Source of the DNA: Vicinamibacterales bacterium | Lineage (GTDB): Bacteria; Acidobacteriota; Vicinamibacteria; Vicinamibacterales; UBA8438 | Assembly (NCBI GenBank): GCA_965249175.1 | Contig: OZ252227.1 | Location: 2,556,900 to 2,620,899, forward strand | DNA: 64,000 nucleotides | Direction of reading: 5' to 3' | Shown here: one piece after another, positions 23,155 to 33,679 of the stretch | Numbering within the stretch: position 1 is the first letter of the stretch | Layout: the number at the start of each line of letters is the position of its first letter | Notes under the pieces: model-generated | What the model saw: the letters and a program-made list of their open reading frames with translations, nothing else | Told to the model about the DNA's origin: nothing | Databases searched by the model: none | Translations under genes and position numbers: made by a program

Positions 23155-24341
23155 GCGTCCTGTAACAGAAACAAGTAAACGGTTATGGCGACCTCGGCGG
23201 ATCCCTCGATAGGAGGTGCACGTGAGAGGTCCTGCCCCGGTGACAGTCACAGTGAGTGAAGACGAACGGCAACGGCTCGACTCGTGGGCCCACCGGTCGC
23301 GGAGTGCCCCGCAGGTGGCGCGGCGCGCCCGCATCATCCTGGCCTGTGCGGCCGGCCGGTCGACGACCTGCATCGCCAGACGCCTCCACGTCTCGCGGAC
23401 CACCGTGTGCAAGTGGCGCACGCGCTTTCTGCGCGACCGGCTGGAGGGGTTGATCGACGAACCGCGCCCGGGCACGCCACGGCGGATTACCGATGCGCAG
23501 GTGGAGCAGGTGGTGATTGCGACCCTGGAGACCACGCCTCGTGGGGCGACGCATTGGAGCACGCGCGATATGGCGAAGGCGACGGGCCTGAGTCACATGA
23601 CCATCCAGCGCATGTGGCAGGCCTTTGGGTTGCAGCCGCATCGCAGCGAGACCTTCAAGCTGTCGCCAGACCCGCAGCTGGTCGAGAAGGTGCGCGATAT
23701 CGTCGGGCTGTACGTCAATCCGCCGGACCATGCCCTGGTGCTCTGCGTGGACGAGAAGTCGCAGATTCAGGCGTTGGATCGGACGGCCCCCCTGCTGCCC
23801 ATGCAACCCGGGCAGGCCGAGCGGCGCACGCATGATTATCGGCGGCACGGCACGACCTCGCTGTTTGCGGCCCTCGACGTCAAGACGGGCGAGGTGCTCG
23901 CCGCCATGCACCAGCGGCATCGCTCGATCGAGTTTCGCACGTTCCTCGATGCGATCGACGCGCACGTCCCCGCCGACCTGGACGTGCACCTGATCGTGGA
24001 CAACTACGGGACGCACAAAACCGCGATCATTCACCGCTGGTTGGCCAAGCGTCCGCGATTCCACCTGCACTTCACCCCGACCTATGGGTCCTGGATGAAC
24101 CTGGTCGAACGGTGGTTCGCAGCGCTGACGACTACGCAGCTACGCCGCGGCGTCCACCGGAGCGTCGCGGCCCTCAAGCGCGCCATCCAAGCGTTCATCG
24201 AGGTCACGAATGAGCAACCGAAGCCGTTCGTCTGGACCAAGAGTGCCGACGAGATCCTCGCGAGCATCGCCCGGTTTGCTCACCGAACGCTGGCCGCACA
24301 TCCAGCATGAACTCTGTTCGCGAATCACTGTTACAGGACAC
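23155..24341 (+). mobile_element. IS630-family insertion sequence (1187 bp), complete
   Basis: IRL is gcgtcctgtaacag and IRR (reverse complement) is gtgtcctgtaacag. It is flanked by a TA/TA duplication (23153-54 and 24342-43) inside a reconstructed CTAG and carries a single DDE transposase ORF. Confidence 0.9.
23216..24310 (+). CDS. IS630-family DDE transposase
   Basis: N-terminal HTH; DDE triad regions [21 protein letters not shown] and [15 protein letters not shown] at 23211-16 favours GTG 23222 as the true start. Confidence 0.92.
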   Translation: MHVRGPAPVTVTVSEDERQRLDSWAHRSRSAPQVARRARIILACAAGRSTTCIARRLHVSRTTVCKWRTRFLRDRLEGLIDEPRPGTPRRITDAQVEQVVIATLETTPRGATHWSTRDMAKATGLSHMTIQRMWQAFGLQPHRSETFKLSPDPQLVEKVRDIVGLYVNPPDHALVLCVDEKSQIQALDRTAPLLPMQPGQAERRTHDYRRHGTTSLFAALDVKTGEVLAAMHQRHRSIEFRTFLDAIDAHVPADLDVHLIVDNYGTHKTAIIHRWLAKRPRFHLHFTPTYGSWMNLVERWFAALTTTQLRRGVHRSVAALKRAIQAFIEVTNEQPKPFVWTKSADEILASIARFAHRTLAAHPA

Positions 24342-25870
24342 TAGCGATGCCCGGTCATCCGATACTGGAGCGCCTCGGCGACGTGTGACACGTCGACTCG
24401 GTGCGCATCGGCGAGATCAGCGATCGTTCGTGCCACTTTCAGCACCCGGTCGTAGCTCCGGGCGCTCAGCGGCAAGCGCTGCGCGGCTGCGGCGAGGAGT
24501 CGCGTTCCCTCAGTGTCAAGGGCACAATGCAGGCGTAGCGTCTGGCCCGCGAGATCCGCATTGACGTACGGCGTGTTTCCGAAGCGCCCCTTCTGACGTG
24601 CGCGCGCGGCTGACACCCGAGTGCGGACCGACGCCGAGGCCTCCCCGGTTGGATCGCCGACGAGCTCCTCGATGGAAAGCGCCGGAACCTCGACGACCAG
24701 GTCGAGGCGGTCAAGCAGCGGACCTGACATCCGGCTCTGGTAGCGCTCAACCTGGAGAGGCGTGCAGCGGCAGGGGCGGCGACGGTCGCCGCGGTAGCCG
24801 CACGGACAAGGATTCATCGCGCCCACGAGCAGGAATCGAGCGGGGAAGCTGACGGTGCGCGCCGCGCGGGCGATCCGCACGACGCCCTCTTCGAGCGGTT
24901 CGCGCAACGCCTCCAACGCCCGCCGATCGAACTCGAGCATCTCATCGAGAAAGAGGACGCCGTTGTGGGCCAGGCTGGCCTCGCCCGGACGCGGGTCGCT
25001 GCCGCCCCCGACCAGCGCGGCTCCCGACACGGTGTGGTGCGGTGCGCGAAAGGGACGCGCGGCGAGGAGCCCGGTCGAGCGCGCGAGCAGTCCGGCTACA
25101 GAGTGAATCGACGTCGTGGCCACCGCTTCGTCGAAGCTCGGCGCGGGCAGGAGACCCGGGAGCCGTCGCGCGAGGAGCGTCTTGCCCGCGCCCGGCGGGC
25201 CAACGAAGAGGATATTGTGCCGTCCGGCGGCGGCCACTTCGAGCGCGCGTCGCGCGACGATCTGACCCTTGACGTCGGCGAGATCGGGGGATTCGCACGT
25301 CGCCGATCGAGCGGGTACGGGCGCGACGGGGCGCGATGTCGCCGGTGCCCGGCCGGCGAGCACCTCGACCATGCTCGCGAGCGTGTCCACGGGGACAATG
25401 TCGAGGCCCGGTACGACGGCGGCCTCCAGCGCATTGACCGTGGGCACCACGAGTCGCATGCCGTGTTGGCGGGCGGCGAGCGCGACGGGGAGCACGCCCG
25501 GCGTTGGCTGGATCCCGCCGTCGAGCGAGAGCTCCCCGATGACGAGTGCGTCACGAAATGCGTCGGGTTCCACGTGCCCGGACGCGGCGAGGATGCCGAG
25601 CGCGACGGGCAGGTCGAAGGAGGCGCCGGTCTTGCGGACGTCGGCCGGAGCCAGGTTGACGGTGACCCGGTGGTCGGGAAACGCCCACCCGGAGTTCCGG
25701 ATCGCGCTGCGCACGCGGTCGCGGCTCTCGCGCACGCTCGAATCGGGCAGACCGACGACCACGAACTGCGGCAGTCCGAGGCCGACATCGACTTCGACAT
25801 GAACGACCGACGCATGAACGCCGTCGAGCGTCGCCGATTGCACACGAGCGAGCACGATACTGGACCCCAC
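24341..25870 (-). CDS. comM: YifB/ComM family Mg-chelatase-like AAA+ ATPase
   Basis: N-terminus LARVQSATLDGVHASVVHVEVDV; Walker A GPPGAGKTLLA; LFLDEMLEF. The start is uncertain (GTG 25870 or 25855), and the track's upstream extension looks non-coding. The stop TAG overlaps the IS target TA. Confidence 0.88.
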   Translation of the reverse strand: MGSSIVLARVQSATLDGVHASVVHVEVDVGLGLPQFVVVGLPDSSVRESRDRVRSAIRNSGWAFPDHRVTVNLAPADVRKTGASFDLPVALGILAASGHVEPDAFRDALVIGELSLDGGIQPTPGVLPVALAARQHGMRLVVPTVNALEAAVVPGLDIVPVDTLASMVEVLAGRAPATSRPVAPVPARSATCESPDLADVKGQIVARRALEVAAAGRHNILFVGPPGAGKTLLARRLPGLLPAPSFDEAVATTSIHSVAGLLARSTGLLAARPFRAPHHTVSGAALVGGGSDPRPGEASLAHNGVLFLDEMLEFDRRALEALREPLEEGVVRIARAARTVSFPARFLLVGAMNPCPCGYRGDRRRPCRCTPLQVERYQSRMSGPLLDRLDLVVEVPALSIEELVGDPTGEASASVRTRVSAARARQKGRFGNTPYVNADLAGQTLRLHCALDTEGTRLLAAAAQRLPLSARSYDRVLKVARTIADLADAHRVDVSHVAEALQYRMTGHR

Positions 25871-26136
25871 ATCAACCCACGTGAACTCGTGGGAGAGACA
25901 GCAAGGGACGGTCCAGCGTACGGAGCTGCGTGAGGCAAGACGTTTTTCGCGCTGGTGCCGGGCGCGCGGTGCAGATCCTGCCATGCGGTCGCGTGACCCG
26001 AGGCCCGGGAACTGCACCCTTTCGACACAGCCTGCGGGCGTCACGGTGCCGCCGAGTCCCGCGGGTATGATGTACGCCGTCCAGTTGCCCCGACGAGGTC
26101 GTTAGGGGGCGCGAATGAGAAGTATGGACGCGTCAC

Positions 26137-26814
26137 ATGCGGCTATCGATCATCATTCCGGTGTTCAACGAGTGCGCCACCATCCGAACGGTGCTAGAAC
26201 GAGTCGCGGCCGTCGATCTCGACACGGAAGTGGTCGTCGTGGACGACGGTTCCACGGACGGGACTCGCGAGGTGCTGGCGGAGCTGGACGGGAACGGACT
26301 GACCGTCGTCTTACATGACACGAACCGGGGCAAGGGTGCCGCATTGCGGACGGGCGTCCGCCATGTCACTGGCGACTATGTGGTCGTCCAGGACGCGGAC
26401 CTCGAGTATGACCCGGCGGACTATCACAAGCTGCTGGCTGTGGCGGAGGAGCGCCAGGCGGACGTCGTGTACGGCTCGCGCCTTGCCGAGACGCGCCCCA
26501 CGATGGCGCTGCGTCACTGGCTCGGCAACCGGCTCCTGACCGGGTTCACAAACCTGCTGTTTCAGTCTGCACTCACGGATATGGAAACGTGTTACAAGCT
26601 GCTTCGTCGCAGTGTGCTGGCCGACATCGACATCGTCTCGAATAGCTACAACGTCGAACCGGAGATCACCGCGAAGTTACTCAAACGCGGGTTCGTCATC
26701 CACGAGGTTCCTATCAGCTACACGGCGCGAAGCCTGGCCGAAGGCAAGAAGATCCGATTGGTGGACTTCGTGTCTGCGGTCTGGACGCTCGCCAGATACC
26801 GCGTGTCGGCGTGA
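26137..26814 (+). CDS. Family 2 glycosyltransferase (polyprenol-phosphate sugar synthase-like)
   Basis: LSIIIPVFNE...VVVDDGSTDGT...VVVQDADLEYDP. Confidence 0.85.
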   Translation: MRLSIIIPVFNECATIRTVLERVAAVDLDTEVVVVDDGSTDGTREVLAELDGNGLTVVLHDTNRGKGAALRTGVRHVTGDYVVVQDADLEYDPADYHKLLAVAEERQADVVYGSRLAETRPTMALRHWLGNRLLTGFTNLLFQSALTDMETCYKLLRRSVLADIDIVSNSYNVEPEITAKLLKRGFVIHEVPISYTARSLAEGKKIRLVDFVSAVWTLARYRVSA

Positions 26815-26823
26815 CCGGGCCAA

Positions 26824-28614
26824 TCAGCGCCCGGTGAGCCCCGTCTCCACCAGCACGCCGCGCGTCGTGCCGAGATCGCGCGCCGATGGCGTGACGATCG
26901 TCCGGTCGTCGATCAGGATGGAGCGTTCCTCGTCAATCGCCGCGCGAACGTCCGCCTCGCACACGAACGCCGCCGGCGTGGCGGGCGGCGTCGGTGACGG
27001 GATCACTGGCGGGGCGGGCAGCGTCGGTGACGGGATCGGCATCCGTGATGGTTGCGCCGGCTTGGAGAGTGTTGTGCGCCTGGTCGCCGGGACGCGCGTG
27101 CCGCGCGCGGCGAGGAAGGCGTCGATGCGCGTGGCAAGCGCGTGCGGATCGAGCGCAGCCGGTGCGGCATGATGACGCGGTGCCGCCGGGAGGTGCCGCG
27201 GCGCCGCTGCGCCGGTGGCATCGGGACGCGGCGCCTGGCGGATCCCGTACGCGACACGCTTGATGTTCAGCAGGTGGCGCGGCGTGATGTTGTCAGAGGT
27301 GATGTTGCCGCCGTGGCCGCCGCACCCGAGTGTCATCGCCGGCTCGAGACCCGTCGTCAACCCGATCGAACCGAGGGTCGTGGGCGTGTTGACCACGATC
27401 CGAAACGCGGGCTTCTTCAGGCCGAACTCGAGGACGATCGCATCGTCGCGAGAGTGGATCGCCATCGTGTGCCCCAGACCGCCGTATCCGAGGATCTCCT
27501 TGCACCGCTCGCAACCGGCGCGCCAGTCGTCGACCACATAGAACGCGAGCACCGGACAGAGCTTCTCGATTGACAGCGGATGATCGCGTCCAACACCCGT
27601 GAGGGGCGCGATCAGCACCCGTGTCTCGGGCGGCACGTCGATGCCCGCCTGCTGAGCAATCTCGACGGCGCTCTTGCCGACGAGGGCAGGATTCGGGAGT
27701 CGCTGCGGGGTCACGAGCGCCGCCGCGACCCTCGCACTCTCCGATGTGCTCATGAAGTGCCCACCGGCGGCCTGAAACGCGCGTCGCACGTCGTCTGCAA
27801 TGGCGGCATCGACGACGACGGCGTTCTCGGCAGAGCACAGCACGCCGTTGTCGAAGGTCTTGCCGGTCATGATGTCGTCGACGGCCTTCGGCACGTCCGC
27901 CGATCGCTCGATGTAGGCGGGCGCGTTGCCCGGTCCGACGCCATATGCTGGCTTGCCCGCGGAGTACGCGGCGCGGACGAGCCCGAGCCCGCCGGTCGAC
28001 AGAATGAGGGCGATCTCGCGCCGCTTCATGAGGGCCTGGGTACCGGCGAGCGTCACCGTCGTCATGCATCCGATGGCGCCGTTCGGCAGACCGGCCGAGG
28101 TGGCCGCGCGCGACATCAACTCGACCGTGCGAGTGATGCTACCAACGGCCGCGGGATGCGGGCTGACCACGATAGCGCAGCGCGCCTTGATTGCGATCAG
28201 GAGCTTGTAGATAGCGGTCGATGTGGGGTTTGTGGATGGCACGATTGCCGCGACGACCCCGAACGGCTCCGCGATCTCCACGACGCGCCGGTCGTCGTGC
28301 CTGGCGATGACACCGACCGTCGCCATCGGGCGGATGAAGTCGTATACGGTGCGGGCCGCGAAGAGGTTTTTCTGGACCTTGTCCGCGACGACCCCATAGC
28401 CCGTCTCTTGAACGGCCGCCGCTGCAAGCGGCTCGGCCTGGTCGGCGGCCACCCCGGCCATCGCGCCGACGATTGCGTCGATCTGCGCCTGCGTGAGCTC
28501 CGTGAGTCGCTGCTGGGCTTGTTTGGCTCGCTCGGCGAGCCGCGTGGCCTCGCGAACAGCGAGGTCATCTCGGTCGGACGCGGCCGTCACGTCAACCATG
28601 CAAGGCAAGGACAC
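26824..28614 (-). CDS. CoA-acylating aldehyde dehydrogenase (AdhE N-terminal-domain type) with a Pro-rich, helix-containing C-terminal extension
   Basis: Residues 1-457 resemble the AdhE ALDH half: catalytic [37 protein letters not shown]. Residues 458-596 comprise a P/A linker, the helix [18 protein letters not shown], a second Pro-rich linker and a 48-aa terminal module. Confidence 0.85.
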   Translation of the reverse strand: MSLPCMVDVTAASDRDDLAVREATRLAERAKQAQQRLTELTQAQIDAIVGAMAGVAADQAEPLAAAAVQETGYGVVADKVQKNLFAARTVYDFIRPMATVGVIARHDDRRVVEIAEPFGVVAAIVPSTNPTSTAIYKLLIAIKARCAIVVSPHPAAVGSITRTVELMSRAATSAGLPNGAIGCMTTVTLAGTQALMKRREIALILSTGGLGLVRAAYSAGKPAYGVGPGNAPAYIERSADVPKAVDDIMTGKTFDNGVLCSAENAVVVDAAIADDVRRAFQAAGGHFMSTSESARVAAALVTPQRLPNPALVGKSAVEIAQQAGIDVPPETRVLIAPLTGVGRDHPLSIEKLCPVLAFYVVDDWRAGCERCKEILGYGGLGHTMAIHSRDDAIVLEFGLKKPAFRIVVNTPTTLGSIGLTTGLEPAMTLGCGGHGGNITSDNITPRHLLNIKRVAYGIRQAPRPDATGAAAPRHLPAAPRHHAAPAALDPHALATRIDAFLAARGTRVPATRRTTLSKPAQPSRMPIPSPTLPAPPVIPSPTPPATPAAFVCEADVRAAIDEERSILIDDRTIVTPSARDLGTTRGVLVETGLTGR

Positions 28615-28628
28615 CCGAACGCGGGCCG

Positions 28629-28913
28629 CTAGGCGTCCTTGGGCGCGGGAAGTATCTGTTCGACTTCGTCGTGCGGTCGTGGGATGACGTGCACCGACAC
28701 GAGCTCACCAACGCGACGCGCCGCAGCGGCGCCAGCGTCCGTCGCGGCCTTGACGGCGCCGACGTCACCCCGGACCATCACGGTGACGTAGCCAGAGCCG
28801 ATGTATTCTTTGCCGATCAGCACCACGTTCGCGGCCTTGACCATGGCATCGGCGGCTTCGATCGAGCCGGTCAGACCCTTCGTCTCGATCATGCCGAGCG
28901 CTTCGAGTGTCAT
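28629..28913 (-). CDS. Bacterial microcompartment shell protein, BMC-H (single BMC domain, PduA/EutM/CcmK type)
   Basis: [61 protein letters not shown]... GGGAG lies ~10 nt upstream of ATG 28913. The track's N-terminal extension was rejected. Confidence 0.9.
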   Translation of the reverse strand: MTLEALGMIETKGLTGSIEAADAMVKAANVVLIGKEYIGSGYVTVMVRGDVGAVKAATDAGAAAARRVGELVSVHVIPRPHDEVEQILPAPKDA

Positions 28914-29008
28914 GAGACGTGAGCTCCCACGGGTGGGCGACGGTGAGTACAAGCCGAGACGCACCCTAGCATATTGCTTTCGCTGCGGCAACACGCTACT
29001 GTCCCCGG

Positions 29009-29896
29009 GTGGTGCGTCGCGTGATCCACCATAGCCGTTTCACGACTGCGTGCCTGCTCGTCGTCGGCGGGTCGATCCATGGGGCCTGTGCCGACTCTCC
29101 CGCCCCAATCGCCACACCGACCCTGGGCGTGAGCCGTGCGACCGTTCCGCTCGGAGGTCCGCTGGAACTCAGTATCCGGTTCGATGTCGCGCCCACCGTC
29201 GCGCCATTGATGGAAGACTATCGGGTGCTGCTGCATTTCCTGAACACCGACGCGGATCTGCTATGGGCTGAAGACCACGATCCGCCCGTGCCGACCTCGA
29301 CCTGGGAGCCGGGCCAGCGGGTGGAGTATACGCGTCGGATGACGGTTCCGATGTATCCCTATATCGGTGAAGCACTTGTGGCCGTTGGGCTGTATTCGCG
29401 GGAGACGGACGAGCGATTGCCGTTGGCAGGGGACGACCTCGGTCAGCAGGTGTATCAGGTCGCACGCGTCGCCCTGGTGCCCCAACCGGAAAGCAGCTTC
29501 ATGGTGCACGACGAGGGCTGGCACCCGGCCGAGTTCGAAGGGGACGGCCGTAACGATTGGCGTTGGACGACCGGGCGTGCGGTGCTCTCAGTGCGCAATC
29601 CCGGCACGGACGCGTTGCTCGTCATCGACCTCGAGGGGCGGCCGGACATGTTCGACGGACCACAGACGGTGTCGCTCGTGATCGCGGATCGAGTCCTCGA
29701 GGACATCGTGATCGAGACGAACGATCGTATCAACGTCGAGCGAATCCTGACGGCCGACGATCTTGGATCAACCGAGATTGTGGACATCGAGTTGCACGTG
29801 ACCCCGACCTTCGTTCCGTCCGAGCGCGGTGGCTCGGCGGAGGACACGCGCGAGCTCGGCGTGCGCGTCTTCTACACGTTCTTCGAACCGACGTAA
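29009..29896 (+). CDS. Hypothetical lipoprotein / secreted protein
   Basis: Signal peptide with lipobox-like SIHGAC. No recognisable domain. Confidence 0.55.
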   Translation: MVRRVIHHSRFTTACLLVVGGSIHGACADSPAPIATPTLGVSRATVPLGGPLELSIRFDVAPTVAPLMEDYRVLLHFLNTDADLLWAEDHDPPVPTSTWEPGQRVEYTRRMTVPMYPYIGEALVAVGLYSRETDERLPLAGDDLGQQVYQVARVALVPQPESSFMVHDEGWHPAEFEGDGRNDWRWTTGRAVLSVRNPGTDALLVIDLEGRPDMFDGPQTVSLVIADRVLEDIVIETNDRINVERILTADDLGSTEIVDIELHVTPTFVPSERGGSAEDTRELGVRVFYTFFEPT

Positions 29897-29979
29897 CGTA
29901 GATGGGGCTGCGCCCCAAACCCCCGCGCCCGCGCCCGCGAGCGTTGTGCGCTCGTCGGTACGTGTGTTACGTTGGGCGG

Positions 29980-30645
29980 ATGCCTTCCGGCCGATGGTCC
30001 TTGCCGTGGTGCGGCGTCGTGTGGTGCCTGGTGGTACAGCCGACCTCCGCGCCCCCCGTGGCAGAGCGCGTCTATTTCACGACCGGGCAGGTGCTGGCGA
30101 CCGTGGGTCACGCGGTCGAGGGGCGCGGGGTCCGACTCCGTCTGCGCGATGGCGGGGAGATGCTCGTCGACCCGCGCCTCGTCGTGCGCATCGAGTCTGA
30201 CGCCGAGCCTGTTCCGGCGCATGCGCTGACCGCCCGCGTGTCGAGGCCGCGTCTGCCGGCGAAGCCGTACGCGGATATCGTCGCCAGCGCGTCGGCGCGT
30301 CACGGTGTCGACGCCCGATTGGTGCACGCACTGATCGAGGTTGAGTCGGGATACCGGGCCAATGCGCAGTCATCGAAGGGCGCGATGGGGTTGATGCAGC
30401 TGATGCCGGCGACCGCGGCACGATACGCGGTCGGCAACCCGTTCGACCCGGGCGCAAACATCGACGCCGGGACCCGCCATCTCAAGACGCTGCTGGAGGA
30501 GTTTGGTACGCGGGGGGCTCTCGCCGCTTACAACGCCGGCGAGGGCACGGTGCGTCGTTTTCGCGGGATTCCCCCGTATCCCGAAACCCGTCGGTACGTG
30601 AGCCGCGTGCTGGAGATCGTGGACGCGGCCGTCGGCCAGCACTGA
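29980..30645 (+). CDS. Lytic transglycosylase (SLT domain)
   Basis: IEVESGYRANAQSSKGAMGLMQLMPATA...AYNAG. The probable start is ATG 29980 (MPSGRWSL...), inside the track ORF that begins at 29902. Confidence 0.85.
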   Translation: MPSGRWSLPWCGVVWCLVVQPTSAPPVAERVYFTTGQVLATVGHAVEGRGVRLRLRDGGEMLVDPRLVVRIESDAEPVPAHALTARVSRPRLPAKPYADIVASASARHGVDARLVHALIEVESGYRANAQSSKGAMGLMQLMPATAARYAVGNPFDPGANIDAGTRHLKTLLEEFGTRGALAAYNAGEGTVRRFRGIPPYPETRRYVSRVLEIVDAAVGQH

Positions 30646-30717
30646 CGGCTACCGCGCACGGCGTCGCCTCCCACGGGATCAAGATAAGTCCGTGTGTCTC
30701 AATGGGTTCTGGCCCTC

Positions 30718-30726
30718 TGGTATAAT
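30718..30726 (+). promoter_or_regulatory. Extended -10 promoter element TGGTATAAT upstream of pilC
   Basis: A perfect TATAAT preceded by TGn, 60 nt before ATG 30786, in a locally AT-richer intergenic region. Confidence 0.45.
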
Positions 30727-30785
30727 TCCATTGGGTGACCAGCCGATAACGTACACGCTGATGCCGTCGTTCTGGCGCCGCCCCT

Positions 30786-31994
30786 ATGGAGTTTCGCTGC
30801 CGACTCGGGACCGACACCGGTGAGATTCTCGAGGGCGTGTATGTCGCCGACAACGAGGCGAAGCTGCGCCAGGATCTCGAGGAGAAGGGTCTCTATGTCC
30901 TCTCGCTGCGCCAGCGCGGCACCCTCGGCTGGCAAGGGCTGACGCTTCCGAAGCGGCAGCGCATCGCGACCCGCGATTTCATCATCTTCAACCAGGAGCT
31001 CGCGGCGCTGCTGCGCGCCGGCATGCCTCTGGTGCAGTCGCTCGATATCCTGCGACAGCGCGTGGAGAACGCGGTGTTCAAGTCGGTGCTCGATGACGTG
31101 CACGACCGGGTACGGAGCGGCTCGGCGCTCTCCGACGCGTTCGCGGCCCACGGTGCGATGTTTCCCGGCGTGTACACCGCGTCGATCATGGCCGGCGAAA
31201 AGAGCGGCAGTTTGGAGGAGGTGCTTCGACGGTTCATCAGCTACGCGCGTCTCGTCACGGGCGTCAGGCGCAAGATGCTCTCGGCGCTCATCTACCCTGC
31301 GATCCTCCTCACGCTGGCGTTGGTTGTCGTCCTCATCATCGTGCTCCTCGTCGTGCCCGAGTTCGGGAACTTCTACGATGGGATGGGTGCCGACCTCCCG
31401 CTCGCCACCCGTGCGCTCACGGCGGTCTCGGAGACGCTGCGGGAGACGATCCTGTTCATCATTGCCGGCGGTATCGCGGGTGGCGTGGGTCTCTGGGCAT
31501 GGCTCAAGCAGCCCGGCCGCCGCGCCACGATCGATCGTGTGCTGTTGCACGTGCCGGCGGTCGGCGCGATCGCGGCGAAGTTCGCGACGTCGCAGCTCGC
31601 GCGCACGCTCGCCACTCTGCTCGGCGGCGGAATTCCGCTCGTCAACGCCATCGATGTGGCGACGCGATCCGTCGGCAACCAGCACGTCTCGCGCCAGCTG
31701 ACGCGGATCTCCCAGGAGGTGCGCGAAGGGCAGGCGCTCTCCACGTCCATGTCGGCACGCGGGGTGTTTCCGGCGGTCGCCGTCAAGATGGTGGAGGTGG
31801 GCGAGTCGACGGGGGCGCTGCAGGACATGCTGAACAACGTGGCCGACTTCTTTGATGAGGAGATCGAAACGACGCTGGGGCGCGTCGTGACGCTGGTCGA
31901 ACCGGTGCTGCTGGTGGTGATGGGCATTGTGATCGCTGCGCTGCTGCTGGCACTGTACTGGCCGCTGCTTCAGCTCGGGGCCGTCGTGGCATGA
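30786..31994 (+). CDS. pilC: Type IV filament platform protein (PilC/GspF family)
   Basis: 402 aa with two T2SSF repeats and three TM segments. Confidence 0.9.
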   Translation: MEFRCRLGTDTGEILEGVYVADNEAKLRQDLEEKGLYVLSLRQRGTLGWQGLTLPKRQRIATRDFIIFNQELAALLRAGMPLVQSLDILRQRVENAVFKSVLDDVHDRVRSGSALSDAFAAHGAMFPGVYTASIMAGEKSGSLEEVLRRFISYARLVTGVRRKMLSALIYPAILLTLALVVVLIIVLLVVPEFGNFYDGMGADLPLATRALTAVSETLRETILFIIAGGIAGGVGLWAWLKQPGRRATIDRVLLHVPAVGAIAAKFATSQLARTLATLLGGGIPLVNAIDVATRSVGNQHVSRQLTRISQEVREGQALSTSMSARGVFPAVAVKMVEVGESTGALQDMLNNVADFFDEEIETTLGRVVTLVEPVLLVVMGIVIAALLLALYWPLLQLGAVVA

Positions 31995-33679
31995 CCGATA
32001 TCAAACCTGCGGATGCGGTCGCGATCCCGACTCCCGAGTCTGCCGAGGCTTCCGGGGAGCTGTCTGTCGCGGCTGGAGCGTCGGAGGCGACGCCAGATGT
32101 CGCCGCTGAGGTCGCGCGCGCGCGCCGGCTCGCGAAGCGCTACCGCCTCGACTTCGTCGACATGGAGCACTTCTACATCGACCAGGAGCTGTTCCGCGCG
32201 ATCCCCGCCGACCTGATGCTTCGCTATGGCTTTGTCCCGCACCGGCGCGACGGTCAGGCGCTGGTCATCGTCGTCTCCGATCCGACGGATCTGCCAATGA
32301 TTGACGAGCTGGCACTGTTGCTCGGCACGCCGATCACCGTGACGGTTGGGACGCCCTCGACGATCGAGTCGATTCTCAAGAAGAGCGAAAGCTCGCAGCG
32401 CGTGCTCGACGAGGCGACGGAGGGTTTCCAGCTCCAGCTGCTGCGCGAAGACGAGGAAGGCGAGGAGAGCCTGACCGTCGAACGACTGACGAGCGACACC
32501 AGCCCCGTGATCCGGCTTGTCGACTCGATAATCTACACCGCGATCCAGCGGCGGGCGAGCGATATTCACGTCGAAACGCAGGACGACGCAGTCCACGTCA
32601 AGTACCGCATCGACGGGGTGCTGCAGGCGGCGATGCAGCCGATCGACAAGCAACACCACAGCGCCGTGCTCTCTCGGATCAAGGTGATGGCGGAGCTGGA
32701 CATCGCCGAGAAACGGGTCCCGCAGGACGGCCGCTTCAAGCTGAGGATGCCAGGCAAGACGATTGACTTCCGCGTCTCGATCATGCCGAGCGTACACGGC
32801 GAGGATGCGGTCATTCGGATCCTCGACAAGGAATCAATCAGCGAGCAGTTCAGCGAGTTGCGCCTCGACATCCTCGGGTTCCCGCAAGACGAGCTCCAGC
32901 GTTTTCGACGCTATATCGCCGAACCGTACGGCATGGTGCTCGTCACGGGGCCGACCGGCAGCGGCAAGACGACGACGTTGTACGCCGCACTGTCCGAGAT
33001 CAAGAGCACCGAGGACAAGATCATCACGATCGAAGACCCCGTGGAGTATCAGCTCAAGGGCATCACCCAGATTCCGATCAACGAACGCAAGGGACTGACC
33101 TTCGCCCGGGGCCTGCGGTCAATCTTGCGGCACGACCCCGACAAGATCATGGTCGGGGAGATCCGCGATCCCGAGACCGCGCAGATTGCGATCCAGTCCG
33201 CGCTCACCGGCCATCTGGTCTTCACGACGGTGCACGCGAATAACGTCGTGGACGTGCTCGGGCGTTTTCTCAACATGGGTGTGGAGCCGTATCAGTTCGT
33301 GTCGGCACTCAACTGCGTGCTTGCGCAGCGGCTGGTCCGTACGATCTGCGCCGACTGCAAACGCCCCGCGCCGATGACCGAGAGCGCGCTCGTCGAGGCG
33401 GCAATCGACCCCGCGACGGCTGCCGGCCATACGTTTTACGAAGGTGGCGGGTGCATCGAGTGCGGTGGCACCGGCTACAAGGGACGCACTGCGATTTGCG
33501 AGCTGCTGGATCTGAGCGACGGAATCCGAGAGATGATCCTGGAGCGCCGCCCCACGTCGGAAATCAAGAAGGCCGCGCGCGAGGAAGGGATGCGCTTTCT
33601 CCGCGAGTCGGCGGTCGAGCAGGCATTCGTCGGGACCACGACGCTGCGCGAAATCAACAAGGTGACCTTCGTTGAGTAG
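31991..33679 (+). CDS. pilB: Type IV filament assembly ATPase (PilB/GspE family)
   Basis: T2SSE N-terminal domain; Walker A GPTGSGKTTT; Asp/His boxes; tetracysteine CADC...CIECGGTG. Confidence 0.93.
   Translation: MTDIKPADAVAIPTPESAEASGELSVAAGASEATPDVAAEVARARRLAKRYRLDFVDMEHFYIDQELFRAIPADLMLRYGFVPHRRDGQALVIVVSDPTDLPMIDELALLLGTPITVTVGTPSTIESILKKSESSQRVLDEATEGFQLQLLREDEEGEESLTVERLTSDTSPVIRLVDSIIYTAIQRRASDIHVETQDDAVHVKYRIDGVLQAAMQPIDKQHHSAVLSRIKVMAELDIAEKRVPQDGRFKLRMPGKTIDFRVSIMPSVHGEDAVIRILDKESISEQFSELRLDILGFPQDELQRFRRYIAEPYGMVLVTGPTGSGKTTTLYAALSEIKSTEDKIITIEDPVEYQLKGITQIPINERKGLTFARGLRSILRHDPDKIMVGEIRDPETAQIAIQSALTGHLVFTTVHANNVVDVLGRFLNMGVEPYQFVSALNCVLAQRLVRTICADCKRPAPMTESALVEAAIDPATAAGHTFYEGGGCIECGGTGYKGRTAICELLDLSDGIREMILERRPTSEIKKAAREEGMRFLRESAVEQAFVGTTTLREINKVTFVE

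Noticed and set aside
25871-26044. N-terminal extension of comM to 26044
   Set aside because: ComM family proteins start at the ...LARVQSATLDG... equivalent. The upstream 58 codons have no family similarity.
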